63,589 nucleotides of DNA, filler included, from Octopus bimaculoides (GCF_001194135.2; 7 parts of 7 records of this genome joined end to end with filler, not necessarily neighbours in it), one strand, 5' to 3'; positions 24,487-37,465 are shown, counted from the first letter of the whole stretch. Notes: generated from the letters alone by a model not told the origin. Program-made: numbers and translations.

Positions 24487-25493
24487 GTAAGGCAGCGTGC
24501 TAGCACAACCGGATGGGGCGCCGGTCAAAATGCTTAGCGGTATTTTGTGCGTCTTAACGATCCTAGATCAAATTACGCCGAGGTCGACTTGGCCTTTCAT
24601 CCTTTCGGAGTCGATAAATTAAGTAGCAGTGAAATACCGGGATCAATGTAATCCACTAGCCACTTCCCCACCCCAAATTCCAGGCCTTGTGCCTATAGTG
24701 GAAAGTATTATCAAAAACTCTCTAAGGCTGCGAGCTGGCTGGATCGTTAGCACGCCGAGCAAAATACTTAGCAGCATTTCGCAGTTACTTACGTTCTGAC
24801 TTCAAATTCCGCCGAGGTAGACTTTACTTTTCATCCTTTCGGGGTCGATGAAATAAGTACCAGTTGCGCACTTGCGTCAATATAATCCACTACCCCCTTT
24901 CCTCACAATTTCAGGCCTTGTTCCTATAGTAGAAAGGATTATTAGGCAATGAGCTGGCAAAATCGTTAGCACGCCTGGCGAAATGCTTAGCGGTATTTCG
25001 CCCGTCGCTACGTTCTGAGTACAAGTTCCGCCTAGGTCGACATTGCCTTTCATCCTTTCGGGGTCGATAAATTAAGTGCCAGTTACGTACTGGGGTCAAT
25101 GTAATCGATTTCCCCCTCCCCTAAAATTTCAGGCCTTGTACCTTTTGTAGAGAGGACTATAAGAATCTCTCCTCCTTTCCTCTTTATTTTTATTTCACTT
25201 CTGCTTCAAGCAAGCGATACGGGTCTTCTTTCTTCACTGAGTATTGTGTGCCATAAAACTTTGATTACAACCATACTAAATTAGATTGATATTTTACTGC
25301 AGGTGAAAACAAGCATAATACCATGACATTCATGAGCGTCTGCCCGTCTCTGTCTAATTTTTCACTAACTAATGCAACTGGCAATATCGGTGTCACAATA
25401 GTTAGCAAACCGGAGAAAATGCTTAGCGACATTTCGTCCGTCTTTACGTTCTGTGTTGAAACTCCACCGAGATCGACTTTGCCTTTCATCATT
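24487..25493 (+). mobile_element. Array of SINE family B: three head-to-tail copies (~24487-24712, ~24722-24944, ~24945-25165) plus a partial copy at ~25400-25493
   Basis: Each copy has gagctggc..atcgttagcacgcc...gccgaggtcgactttgcctttcatcctttcggggtcgat and the tail caggccttgtgcctatagtagaaag. Confidence 0.9.
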
Positions 25494-25496
25494 TAG

Positions 25497-25769
25497 GGGC
25501 CACCACAGTCCCCAGATCTCAATATTATCGAACATTTATGGTGCATTTTAGAAAACCAAGTCGATATCCTCCACCATTATCACTACAAGAACTGGAGACT
25601 GCTTTAGCTGAAGAATGGACAAAAATTAATTTGGAACCAACTCAAAATTTGTACGAGTCCATATCTTGTAGAATTCAAGCTGCATTTACTACCAAAGGTG
25701 GTCCTAACCCATATTAAAATTAATTTGTTTGAAATTTTAAGGTGTTTCCATTATTTTATCCAACCCCTG
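25497..25769 (+). mobile_element. Tc1-like (DD34E) transposase C-terminus and 3' TIR
   Basis: PPQSPDLNIIEHLWCILENQV...LQELETALAEEWTKI...LYESISCRIQAAFTTKGGPNPY*, ending ccaacccctg|TA. Confidence 0.88.
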
Positions 25770-26649
25770 TATGTGAGTCGAGCGCATATACTATTGGTGA
25801 TTATAATGAAGAACACGTGCATACATGAGCAATCACTAGTCTTCTACCAAAATCCTTATGCCAGGATAATAGGGAGGATTTCCACCAACAAGTATTTACA
25901 TCGCTTGTAAGAGTCAACAAGGGCGACTGATAGTGACAGAACGCATCGCATCAAATGTCAAAGGCTTTAACTGTCAATCAACGTGTAAATGTGTTTGTTA
26001 TTCCCATCATTCAGTTCACTTGCCAACTTGGAAAGACCTACTGTCCTTTCTGATACAGCAGCATATCATTCGTAGATAATTTGGTGGCAAGAAATCAGAA
26101 ACCGAAGATATTTGGTGAACAGCAATCATTGAGTCTTCAACTGAATTAAATAAATAATCGATCATTCGATCAATCAATCAATCAATCAATCATTCAATCT
26201 ATCTATCTGCCTATCTTATCTCTGTGTCTATGTGTGTTTTTACATATAAACTTTTATGTACATAAATACTTGTTTCTCTCTCTCTCTCTCTCTNNNNNNN
26301 NNNNNNNNNNNNNNNNNNNNNNNNNNNNNNNNNNNNNNNNNNNNNNNNNNNNNNNNNNNNNNNNNNNNNNNNNNNNNNNNNNNNNNNNNNNNNNNNNNNN
26401 NNNNNNNNNNNNNNNNNNNNNNNNNNNNNNNNNNNNNNNNNNNNNNNNNNNNNNNNNNNNNNNNNNNNNNNNNNNNNNNNNNNNNNNNNNNNNNNNNNNN
26501 NNNNNNNNNNNNNNNNNNNNNNNNNNNNNNNNNNNNNNNNNNNNNNNNNNNNNNNNNNNNNNNNNNNNNNNNNNNNNNNNNNNNNNNNNNNNNNNNNNNN
26601 NNNNNNNNNNNNNNNNNNNNNNNNNNNNNNNATATATATATATATATAT

Positions 26650-26724
<75 letters not shown>

Positions 26725-27264
26725 TATGTCTCTCGAGCACTTCTGCCAGTCTATACTATAACTTATCTATCTATCTATCTATCTATCTATCGGTTCAATT
26801 ATCTATCTATTTATACTTCTATCTGCCCGTCTCCTGTTTATTTGCTGAACCATCTATCGAGATGACTATATGTTATTATTATGCCTATATTTGTGTTGGC
26901 GTTCAGCTGGAAAATCTTTAAATTAAACCTAAGTAGCACATAAAGAAAGATTATTACTATTAATCGTTGTGTTTTTATTTTTTCCTTTTCCGAACATCAA
27001 TTAATTCCTTATGTGGATATTGAATATTTTCGCTAATAAACAGTATTGATCTAACATACTTATCATACGTGACAAAATAAACAGCTGTGCAATATTTATT
27101 GTTTATCTACTTTCACTTTTACATTCATTTTACGATCCGTCGCTTCGTATTATCACGAATGTCACCATTTCAAGCAGAATACATCAACATTACCTTCGCC
27201 TTTGCCTCTAGTTTTTCACTCTCTCTCTCTACTCTTTCAATATATTCTGCTTATCGTTTTTACC

Positions 27265-27470
27265 TTTAACTTCTTTCACTCACTGGACTGCGGCCATGCT
27301 GGGGTAGGCACCGTTTTGAAGGATTTGGTCGAAAAATTGAGCCTAATAGTTATTTTATTTACAAAGTCTGGTATTTATTTTATCGGTCGCTTGTGTCGAA
27401 TTTCTAAGTTATGGGGTACGTAAAAACACCAATACCGCTTATCAAGCTGCGTGGAGGGGGTCAAATACTA
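27265..27470 (-). mobile_element. SINE family A, 3' part, diverged
   Basis: gactgcggccatgctgggg...ttatcggtcgcttgtgtcgaatttctaagttatggggtacgtaaaaacacc. Confidence 0.75.
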
Positions 27471-27490
27471 GCACACGCGCGCGCACACGC

Positions 27491-27573
<83 letters not shown>

Positions 27574-27973
27574 CACACAAACAATCACACGCAAACACAC
27601 ATATATACAGACATATCTCAATCAATGTAGTTCTTAATGGCATCTTTTTTGACTTCACAGTATTTTTTTTATAAGAAAATAACCTCAATTTCAGTCGGCT
27701 TAATCGTCGGTCTCAGCGGAGATATTTAAAAGCATGAAGATATATAAAAAAGAAACAAAACAAAACAAGAACAAAATAAAAACACAGAACTATAACTATG
27801 GTGAAAACTCAAAAACATGTAAAAATACACTCATGTCATTTGTTAAGACGATAATGCTGACAATTGTTTTTTTAATGTTTTTTTCGTATTATAGCGATAT
27901 TCGAGTCACATGTCTCGGAACCAACTATCGGCGTAAATCGTGGTATGCCCCGGCCCACACTCAAACACATTAA

Positions 27974-28094
27974 ATATAGATGTTTTCGATCTAGTTGAAC
28001 GTTTTGCCATCAAATTTGAACTCTTTCCCGTCAAATTTGAATTCTTTGCAATCAAATTTGATGGCAAAGAATCCAAACTAGATCGAAAACATCT

Positions 28095-28098
<4 letters not shown>
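27974..28098. repeat. 125-bp foldback element with 23-bp terminal inverted repeats and internal 21-bp periodic repeats
   Basis: atatagatgttttcgatctagtt / aactagatcgaaaacatctatat; palindrome tcaaatttga at 28010, 28031 and 28052. Confidence 0.85.
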
Positions 28099-28125
<27 letters not shown>

Positions 28126-28392
28126 CATATATATNNNNNNNNNNNNNNNNNNNNNNNNNNNNNNNNNNNNNNNNNNNNTTAATTAATTAANNNNNNNNNN
28201 NNNNNNNNNNNNNNNNNNNNNNNNNNNNNNNNNNTATATATATATATTTGTGTGTGTGTGTGTGTCGTTAACGGCCGAAATTGCGCTTGATCCGCTGACC
28301 GATACCTGAAGGAGACTTGTTGACGTTCTGTGTTTTCCGTTCGTCTATGTATTTACTATGTGTTCGTATGTTTATTTGCTACACGTCTTTTA

Positions 28393-28425
<33 letters not shown>

Positions 28426-28426
28426 C

Positions 28427-28727
28427 TTTTACTGGTTTCAGACTTTTGACTGTGGCCATGCTGTAGCACCACCTTTAGTCGAGCAAATCGACCCCAGGAC
28501 TTATTCTTTGGAAGCCTAGTACTTATTCTATCGTCTCTTTTTGCCGAACCGCTAAGTTACGGGGACATAAACACACCAGCATCGGCTGTCAAGTGATGTT
28601 GGGGGGACAAACACAGACACACAAACATATACACACACATACATTTATATAAACATATATACGACAGGCTTCTTTCAGTTTTCGTCTACCAAATCCACTC
28701 ACAAGGCTTTGGTCTACCCGAGGCTAT
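28427..28727 (-). mobile_element. SINE family A, 5' end lost in a gap
   Basis: High similarity to 7917-8372. Confidence 0.9.
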
Positions 28728-29153
28728 NNNNNNNNNNNNNNNNNNNNNNNNNNNNNNNNNNNNNNNNNNNNNNNNNNNNNNNNNNNNNNNNNNNNNNNNN
28801 NNNNNNNNNNNNNNNNNNNNNNNNNNNNNNNNNNNNNNNNNNNNNNNNNNNNNNNNNNNNNNNNNNNNNNNNNNNNNNNNNNNNNNNNNNNNNNNNNNNN
28901 NNNNNNNNNNNNNNNNNNNNNNNNNNNNNNNNNNNNNNNNNNNNNNNNNNNNNNNNNNNNNNNNNNNNNNNNNNNNNNNNNNNNNNNNNNNNNNNNNNNN
29001 NNNNNNNNNNNNNNNNNNNNNNNNNNNNNNNNNNNNNNNNNNNNNNNNNNNNNNNNNNNNNNNNNNNNNNNNNNNNNNNNNNNNNNNNGGAAAACTTTAA
29101 TTGCTAGTAAATTTGATTAGAGTGAGTGTTAGAATCACCTACAATGCTAGCAC

Positions 29154-29198
<45 letters not shown>

Positions 29199-30902
29199 TG
29201 TGTGCGTGCGTGTGTTGGTGCGTGTGTGTGCGCGTCCGTGTGTGTACTTATTTATGTATGCATGTGTATATATTTATAAACCGATTCTCTATGAAATGTT
29301 GTAAGGATGTATGTTTGTGCGTGTGTGTGTGTGTGTTGGGGAGAATGCGTATGTGTGCGTGTGTGAATTTGATTGTGTGTGTGTGTCTGTGTATGTAATA
29401 CTACCGATTAATTTCTATTGTACATCCTGTTGTTTTAACTCTAAAACACTACACTGATCTTTATAACAATGAACCAAAAATGGAAAATTATTATTATTGT
29501 TGTTGTTGCTGTTATTGTTTTTGTTGTTACGTTTATATTTGTTTTTATTTTTATTACCGCAAACCTGACCTCGAATTGTTCACGTGAGATCTGCATCGAA
29601 CTTTCCGGTTGCCAGTCTGTGAATAGCGACACAAACACTCACGTACACGTGTATGTAGAGATACTAACATATTGCTTTATATAGATACATGTTTGAATGT
29701 ATATTTGTCTGTGTGTTAATGGTGAAAAAATAAATCCGTGAATATAGAGACGTGTGTTTGATCTACACTCAATGATATATATTTATTTATTTATTATAGC
29801 GATATGTGCTTAATTTTGTCTTTCAACATTAAAGGAAGTATATATTGAAAACAGTGAAACAATTATTGTGAAATTAATTTCAATTTGACATTTAACAATA
29901 CTCCCAAAATATGTTAAGCTATTGTTAGGATCTATTGTATAAAGAAGAAATATCAAAAGAAGCCATTTTGAATTGCCAAAATGAAAGGGAAAATTATAGA
30001 AAAGTGTCGAAATAGATCATTGTGGGGCCAAAGTACCACAGAACATAAAGATAAATTAGTCACAGATTAACAACAATTTGACATTTTAATGGAATCATTG
30101 TCATACTTTTCCGACTGCAGTTACTTGAATGTACAATTTACTGTGTATCCGTCTCTCCTACATTACACGTCCTAATTAATCTGTATTTATCTGTGAAAGG
30201 TATACTTAAGAATTGAAATAGAGTAAGAACAATATGGTGCTGTTAAGAGCTTTACTTGACAGCTAAAAATAACAAGGAAATCTCACTCGAACGTCACACT
30301 CTCTTGTAACATATAAAATGGAGCTAGTGATGACGGGATGAAGGACGTATGTTCGAATGTCTATGGTTACATGCTAGTTCAGTCGATCTAGTGAGTGGTA
30401 CCTCACAACAGTGAGGAAGGCCGGTGTGTTATAAATCTCTGAAGAGGAAGGACGCAAAATGAGGCGAAAACTATGAATCCTATACTTAACAATGAAAATA
30501 AACGAGAAAACTATGGAACTGCGACGTGGTTTATCAGCTTGTTAGCATAATAATGAAATCGCCCTCGAATCTCATTCTAGTTTTTAAAGTAAGATTGGTG
30601 CTGATCATCCTGAGATGAAGGACATAGGTTCGAATACTAACCATTCGATCCTGTAGGCAGAGTCTTACATCAGAAGAGGACCAATCTGCTTGAAGCCGCC
30701 CAGAGGAATGTTCCAAAAGAGAGCGCATTCTCTCCTGATGAGCTCCTAAAGTCTGCTTGTGCCACGAGTTCAGAGCTCTTGATGCCCAGCCCTGGCACAA
30801 GCAGATGGCATGCAAGTATCCTTTTCCAACTGTAGTTATTTAAATTTACTGCTTAAAGTTTGTCCATACAAGTCCGCTATAATAAACATCTTACTTAATC
30901 TT

Positions 30903-30936
<34 letters not shown>

Positions 30937-31504
30937 CTTTTATAAGTAATATTCTAAAAGAATATATAATTGAACTATTGTTGAGTGCTCAATTATCTTG
31001 AGCAAATAAATGTGTATATATGTGATTTTATATTATTAATTCATCAATAATATATTTAGGAAATCAATATTTCGTATTTCAAAAGATATATATCCAACAT
31101 AACATGGTAGCATAATNNNNNNNNNNNNNNNNNNNNNNNNNNNNNNNNNNNNNNNNNNNNNNNNNNNNNNNNNNNNNNNNNNNNNNNNNNNNNNNNNNNN
31201 NNNNNNNNNNNNNNNNNNNNNNNNNNNNNNNNNNNNNNNNNNNNNNNNNNNNNNNNNNNNNNNNNNNNNNNNNNNNNNNNNNNNNNNNNNNNNNNNNNNN
31301 NNNNNNNNNNNNNNNNNNNNNNNNNNNNNNNNNNNNNNNNNNNNNNNNNNNNNNNNNNNNNNNNNNNNNNNNNNNNNNNNNNNNNNNNNNNNNNNNNNNN
31401 NNNNNNNNNNNNNNNNNNNNNNAAATAGACTTCATCCCATCTTACAGCTGTTTTTCCTGTGTAATGGACATTTCATACCTTAGACAGTTACTGTAACTCA
31501 ACTA

Positions 31505-31543
<39 letters not shown>

Positions 31544-32529
31544 GGTTCAACCACATCAGCAAGTGTCATGGCAGTATCGCCTGACCGATACCATTGAACG
31601 AAATTATTTTCAACCACAAAACGAAGGATTAGTTATTTCTGTAAGAAATAAAAATCATTAACTTGTACACCCTTGCACTGTACCACAATTATTGAATTAC
31701 GTTGTTTATATCTTTGAAACAATCCAGGGCCTCTGCAGCGTCCATAGTTTCTTTGTAGCATTAATAGTATTTCTGTCATGAAAGAACCATTGGCTGAAAC
31801 TATGCACCAACGTAGAATTTACTCGAAATACGAAACAATGCATTCGTAATGTTATATCCGATATAACTTAAAGGGTCAAAACGATTACAACCCACCGATT
31901 CCCTCATGCGTTACAATAATGAAATTACACCAGGAGCGGTCTATTCATTGGCATCGAAGATTCTCTGGTTATTCACAAAACTCAGCTGCTAAAAGGTTTA
32001 AAGTAACTTTCGCAAATTCCAGACAACTATTGTAGAATGGATCGATAAGAACACCTTGCAACTGATTGAAAAAGTTTCAGTGCTTAGGAAACTACACCAA
32101 CAAATATATTAAAACGCTATTTCATCCATTTTTCAATTCTACGATAAGTTCCACATCACTCTCACCTGTTCCGCTCACGTCTCTTATATTGAAGTCCTCC
32201 CTATGAATGTGTTCCCATGAAGACTATAGATTCTGGATTATGCATTCTACCGAGTTACTTACCTTACATCGACTTGAATCTAATCGATATATTCTCATGC
32301 ACACAAGCGACATTATGCCTTATCACTTTGAACAAATATTGCTTCCACTTCAGAGATAGCGAAATCTAACTCTCTCTAGGGTACAGAGGATGTCACTGCC
32401 AGTTTAATTAAGCACAAAGTGTAATATATTATATCTCATCCAGGTGACCGTTGAGAGGGCTAGCCATTGTATATATAGCTGAAAAGAAATGAAGAAGCCT
32501 GGCTTGAGAGGTGAAGACCCCGAAATGGA

Positions 32530-33102
32530 CTTGAGGTCGAATACTAGTCAGTCGAAACAGTACGTGGGTCTTAGGCTCGCGATAGCGAGGCAAGCGGTAC
32601 AAGATATGGAGAACATCTGGAAGAGTCGTGGCGTGTCAATGCTGCTGAAGATAAGGCTACTTCGGGCTGCCGCTTTCTCTATTGCGACGTACGGCTGCGA
32701 GTCGTGGACAATGTTGAAGGCAGACGAAAAAAGAGTGAGTGCTTTTGAAATGTCGTGTTACCGCAGAATATTTAGTGTCGTGGACGGAGAGAATGACGAA
32801 CAACTGGGTACTAGAAAAGTTCGGTTGCGAGATGACTCTTCAGCGAAACATCATGAAGCGGAAGCTACGGTTGTTTGGCCACGTCATGCGCCGGGATGGA
32901 CTTGAGCGAACGATTATAACTAGCAAGGTGAACGGCAGACGTAAAAGAGGCAGACGACCCACTTCTTAGCTGAAAGACATCGCAGCCACAGGATTGTCTT
33001 TATTCTCAGCCGTCCATGGGGCAGATAACAGGAGAAGGTGGCAAGATATCGTGATGACCACAGCATCGCATAGTGCGACACCTGACTAGAAGAAGAAGAA
33101 GA
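32530..33102 (+). mobile_element. RTE-clade (BovB-like) LINE, 5' truncated 3' end
   Basis: IWKSRGVSMLLKIRLLRAAAFSIATYGCESWTM..DEKRVSAFEM, then a frameshift to SWTERMTNNWVLEK...KLRLFGHVMRRDGLERTIITSKVNGRRKRGR; terminal cgca-tag-tgcg hairpin and (GAA)n tail. Confidence 0.92.
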
Positions 33103-33344
33103 CCACATCCGATTTAAAGGGAAACACTGTCGTAATTCAGTTACAAATGATATCTTATCGTAAACAACATTCATTCCCTTTAATGTTTTCTCCGGGCAAT
33201 TTATAATAGATTCATCTCAATTTTGAACGAATTAGGATGTGATCTAGATTGGTGGTACCTGTGAGTTCAAAATTTCATACACACGTGTGCGCGCGTGCAC
33301 TGAGACACATAAAGAAGTTGTTGGCATGTATTTATATCTAAAGA

Positions 33345-33775
33345 AGACGTGAGCTGGCAGAAACGTTAGCACGCCGGGCGAAGTGCTTAGCGGTATTTCG
33401 TCTGTCGTTGCGTTCTGAGTTCAAATTCCACCGAGGTCGACTTTGCCTTTCATCCATTCGGAGTCGATAAATTAGTACCAGTTACGCACTGAGGTCGATG
33501 TAATTGACTTAACCCGTTGTCTGTCCTTGTTTGTCCCTTGTGGGCAGTAAAGAAATAAGAAACGTTAGCACGCCGGGCGAAATGCTTAGCGGTATTTTGT
33601 CTGTCTTTACGTTCTGAGTTCAAATTCCACCGAGGTCGACTGTGACTTTCATCTTTTCGGGGTCGATTAAATAAGTACCAGTTAATAACTGGGGTCAATG
33701 TATGCAACATAATCCCCTTGTCTGTCCTTGTTTGTCCCCTCAATGTTTAGCCTCCTGTGGGTAATCAAGAAATAT
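33345..33775 (+). mobile_element. Two tandem SINE family B copies with the alternative 3' tail
   Basis: Family B body followed by tgtctgtccttgtttgtccc...tgtgggcagtaaagaaata; the second copy starts at agaaacgttagcacgcc. Confidence 0.9.
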
Positions 33776-34693
33776 AAATGTAAAGAGAAATGAAGACGAA
33801 AATGCAGGTGTGTCCACTCTTAAGAAATTTTGAAGATCATGAAAATTGTGAAGTCAGTCAAATGTATACAGATGTGTACAAATACGTATATAAGTATGTG
33901 TAAAGACATATACATAATTGTCATTCATACCCGTCTTAACTTGCTGGTGAGAAGTTATTGCTCTGTGACTGAGAGTTTATCGTTTGTCCAGTGACAATTA
34001 TTAAAAATAAATGGTTAATTTACGACCATACTAAGCAAACATTCCGTTGAACTTTTGAAGATATAAAGAACAATCTTCCGATTGTTGTTAGTACAGAGAT
34101 GAGTATGAAGAATATGACTGAAGTGAAATAGAGAGAAAGACAAATGGAGAGAGAGAGCTGAAGAAAGAGACAGAAGGAGAGGATGGGGAAAAGATATCGT
34201 ATCCTATCTGAACGAATCAGCAAGTTATATTCTTAATACTATTTTACTATGAATAATTCTTCATTACCAGAATAATATAATGGTTTAGAATACTTCACTG
34301 AAAATTCTATGAATTGGATTGGCTTCTAAGACAAAGAAATTGAACAAGAATCTCTGTTGAAATCCAGTTACTGATTCGGAACTAGAATTAAAGGGAGGCT
34401 TGTCTTTTGCAATTTATCTTTCACACATACGTTGCATCATGTAGTTACAATGTCGTCCTGGAGATTTAATGATGAATATTTCATTACGTTTGTGTATTTC
34501 AATTAGGAGTCTTGTTTAATTGGAAGCCATAGAGTGATAGATAAAATAATGGATCGTGTATGTATGCGTATACACATACATATATACACACAGCTGTGCA
34601 TGTATGTATATATGTAAATATATATATGTGTAGGTGTGTGTGGGTGTGTGCATATACACAGGTACATATGCATGTGTGCGTGTATTCATTGAA

Positions 34694-34757
<64 letters not shown>

Positions 34758-35351
34758 CTATGTGGTAGGAGTGAGATATATTAATACTTATTAAAAATCG
34801 TCTAATTAATATTAAATGGAACAGAAATATACACTTATTTAAACACGTTATGCATTTATATTGACCAAAAAATGTTCTCTCAATTTTTTCTCAGGTAATT
34901 TCCAGGTAATGCACACCATTTCAATCAATTCCTTACACTACTCGTATATACATTCATATAGTGCGAGTTACTTTAACAATTTTTTTTTGTAATTTTGTTG
35001 TTTATTTTTCTATCCCCTATGATTATTTCAGCTATTCCTGAGATACCCAACTAGATGTTGTATAGCACCCTATCTACGTACGAAAGAAGTAAATATTCTT
35101 TTAAGTTTAACCATATTTGTATAAGAAGGCTCGTGCATAACGCCAAGATTGACATATGGTTTTGTTTGTGTGTGTGTGCGTGTGTGTGACGGAGCTTGCG
35201 TGTGTGTGCGCGTGCGGGTGTGGGTGCGCGCGTGTGTGTGTGTGTGCGCACACACACACACACGAAATATAAATATACATCGTACAAACATTGTTACATA
35301 ACTCAATACGATGATATAAAGGTTATAGATGCGTTCATAATATTCTTTCGA

Positions 35352-35548
35352 GAATAGTTAGCACGCCGGATGAAATGCTTAACGGTGTTTCGTCTGTCCA
35401 CGTTCTTAGTTCAAATTTCACCGAAGTCGACATTGCCTTTCATCCTTTCGGGATCGATAAATTAAGTATCAGTTGCGTACTGGGTTCAATCTAATCGACT
35501 GGCTCCCTACCTAAAAAATATCGGGCCTTGTGCTTAGAGTAGAAAGAA
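35352..35548 (+). mobile_element. SINE family B
   Basis: gttagcacgccgg...gtcgacattgcctttcatcctttcggg...gggccttgtgcttagagtagaaag. Confidence 0.88.
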
Positions 35549-35635
35549 TAGTTTTTCTATTATAAGCACAAGACCTGGAAACTGGGAGGACGCTTAAGCC
35601 GATTACATGAACGCCAGTGTTCAACTAGTACGGAT

Positions 35636-35797
35636 AATTATTTTCATGTGACAGATATTTGTCCTCATCTTGTTTGTTGTTAACACAACTTTTCAGCTGA
35701 TATACCCTCCAGCCTTCTGCAGGTGTCTTGGGGAAATTTCGAACCTTGGTTCTCATTCCTAAGGTATTTTTCTATATTATTATTATCATTATGACTA

Positions 35798-35829
<32 letters not shown>

Positions 35830-35910
35830 GTTCTGGTCACTGCTAGGAATCGAACTCGGAATCTTGGAGTTAGAAGCCCGCTCTCTTAACCACTACGCCA
35901 TATGCCCGTG
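35636..35910 (-). mobile_element. SINE family D, full length, mutated hammerhead core
   Basis: Minus strand head gggcatatggcgtagtggttaag...gagttcgattcc, then (AAT)n, then tail gacac-ctgcaga-aggctg..cagct-gaaa-ag-tt-gtgtt at 35682-35727. Confidence 0.85.
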
Positions 35911-35912
35911 AG

Positions 35913-36110
35913 CATAATAATAACAGCATCGAAAAATACTTTAGGAATGTGAACCCAGGTTCGAAATTTCGCCAAGACACCTGATGAAGGCTGTGGAGTG
36001 TATATCAGCCGAAAAGTTGTGTTAACAACAAACAAGATGAGGGCAAATATCCATCAAGTGTAAATAATGTAAATAATGTACATAATTCCTAATCTCTTAA
36101 ATATAGAACT
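35913..36110 (+). mobile_element. SINE family D tail without head, inverted relative to the adjacent copy; hammerhead motif at 35976-36023
   Basis: gacac-ctgatga-aggctg(tggagtgtatat)cagcc-gaaa-ag-tt-gtgtt. Confidence 0.85.
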
Positions 36111-36390
36111 GTAGTACTAATCAGCTGGTACTTATTGACCCCGAAAGGATGACATGCAAAGTCGACCTCGGCGGAATTTGAACCCACAATGTAAAGTTGG
36201 CAGCAAATTGTGAATGTTGACGTGGACTGGTCAGTTTATAAATTTTCGGCCGGATAAAATCTTTGCGTTTTATGTGAAGGGTTGACTTTATATGTGTGTT
36301 TGTGAGTGAGGTGATAAATGTCTTTAGGAATTAATTCAAAGATGTAGGGATTGAACTAGAAAGTTATTGCTAAACTGTGTGTGTGTGTAT

Positions 36391-36483
<93 letters not shown>

Positions 36484-36944
36484 TGTGTGTGTGTGTTAGT
36501 ATTGGTCGGTGAAGATACTTCTGCTCTGTTCTAACATGTTACATTAACTTGAGATGTAACTGACAGGAAGAGAAAGATATTTGTTATGGTTCAACTAACA
36601 GGGCTTCCTTGATATTCTTAGAGATAATTTAAACTTGGTGGGACAAGATGTTGTTCCCTTTCAGAGAACAAATGCCCTAACCCTAACCCTACTTAAGGAG
36701 AGCAATTTTTGTTTTGGAGAAATCGGGCTCAAATTTCTCAAATTTATATACAAGGATATATAAAATAATATATACACACAATTAATTTTCTGATTCATCA
36801 CTCTGTCTAGACTAATAATTTTTTTTTCATATAGTAAACAACATCCATACACAGACTCACACATATGCATGTATACATATATCCATGTACATACACACTC
36901 ACACAGACACATATATATATAGATCTATATACATACGCATAAAA

Positions 36945-37272
36945 AAGGAGCACTCTGTCAGTTAAGGTCCCAGCTGATACGATCAACCAAACAGCTTGCT
37001 CGTGAGATTGACGTGCAAGTGGCTGAGCACTCCACAGATACGCGTACACCTTTTTAAATATTTCTCAGGGAGATTCAGCGTGACACAGAGTGTGACAAGG
37101 CTGGCCCCTTTGAAATACAGGTACTACTCATTTTTTGCCAGCTGAGTGGACTGGAGCACCGTCAAATAAAGTGTTTTGCTCAAGGACACAACACGTCGCC
37201 GGGAATTGAACTCACGATCGTAAGATCGTGAGCCGAATGCTCCTAACCACTAAGCCACGCGCCTTCACCACA
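36945..37272 (-). mobile_element. SINE family C (tRNA head, CORE-like segment, distinct tail)
   Basis: Minus strand ggcgcgtggcttagtggttagg...gtgagttcaattcccggcg (A/B boxes), then tgttgtgtccttgagcaaaacactttatt. Confidence 0.8.
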
Positions 37273-37414
37273 TACGCATGTATGTATGTAGAACTATCTA
37301 TATATCTACATATGTGTGTGTGCGTTCGTGTACATGCATATATCATTTGTGTGCGTATGAGTGTATATATAAATGAATGGAATGATAGATAGACAGACAG
37401 ACAAACAGAGAGAC

Positions 37415-37465
<51 letters not shown>

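Noticed and set aside
24030-26150. Further + strand exon-like segments (24267-24357, from about 25306, from about 26016)
   Set aside because: Each has only one good splice site, and open frames this short are expected by chance.
28262-28345. Permuted hammerhead (ggccgaaa...cctgaagga)
   Set aside because: The core is imperfect and no consistent stems I or III can be drawn.
30327-30442. Box C/D snoRNA (gtgatga...ctga)
   Set aside because: There is no terminal stem and no recognisable rRNA or snRNA guide.
36675-36691. Interstitial telomeric repeat (CCCTAA) x ~2.8
   Set aside because: Too short to distinguish from chance.
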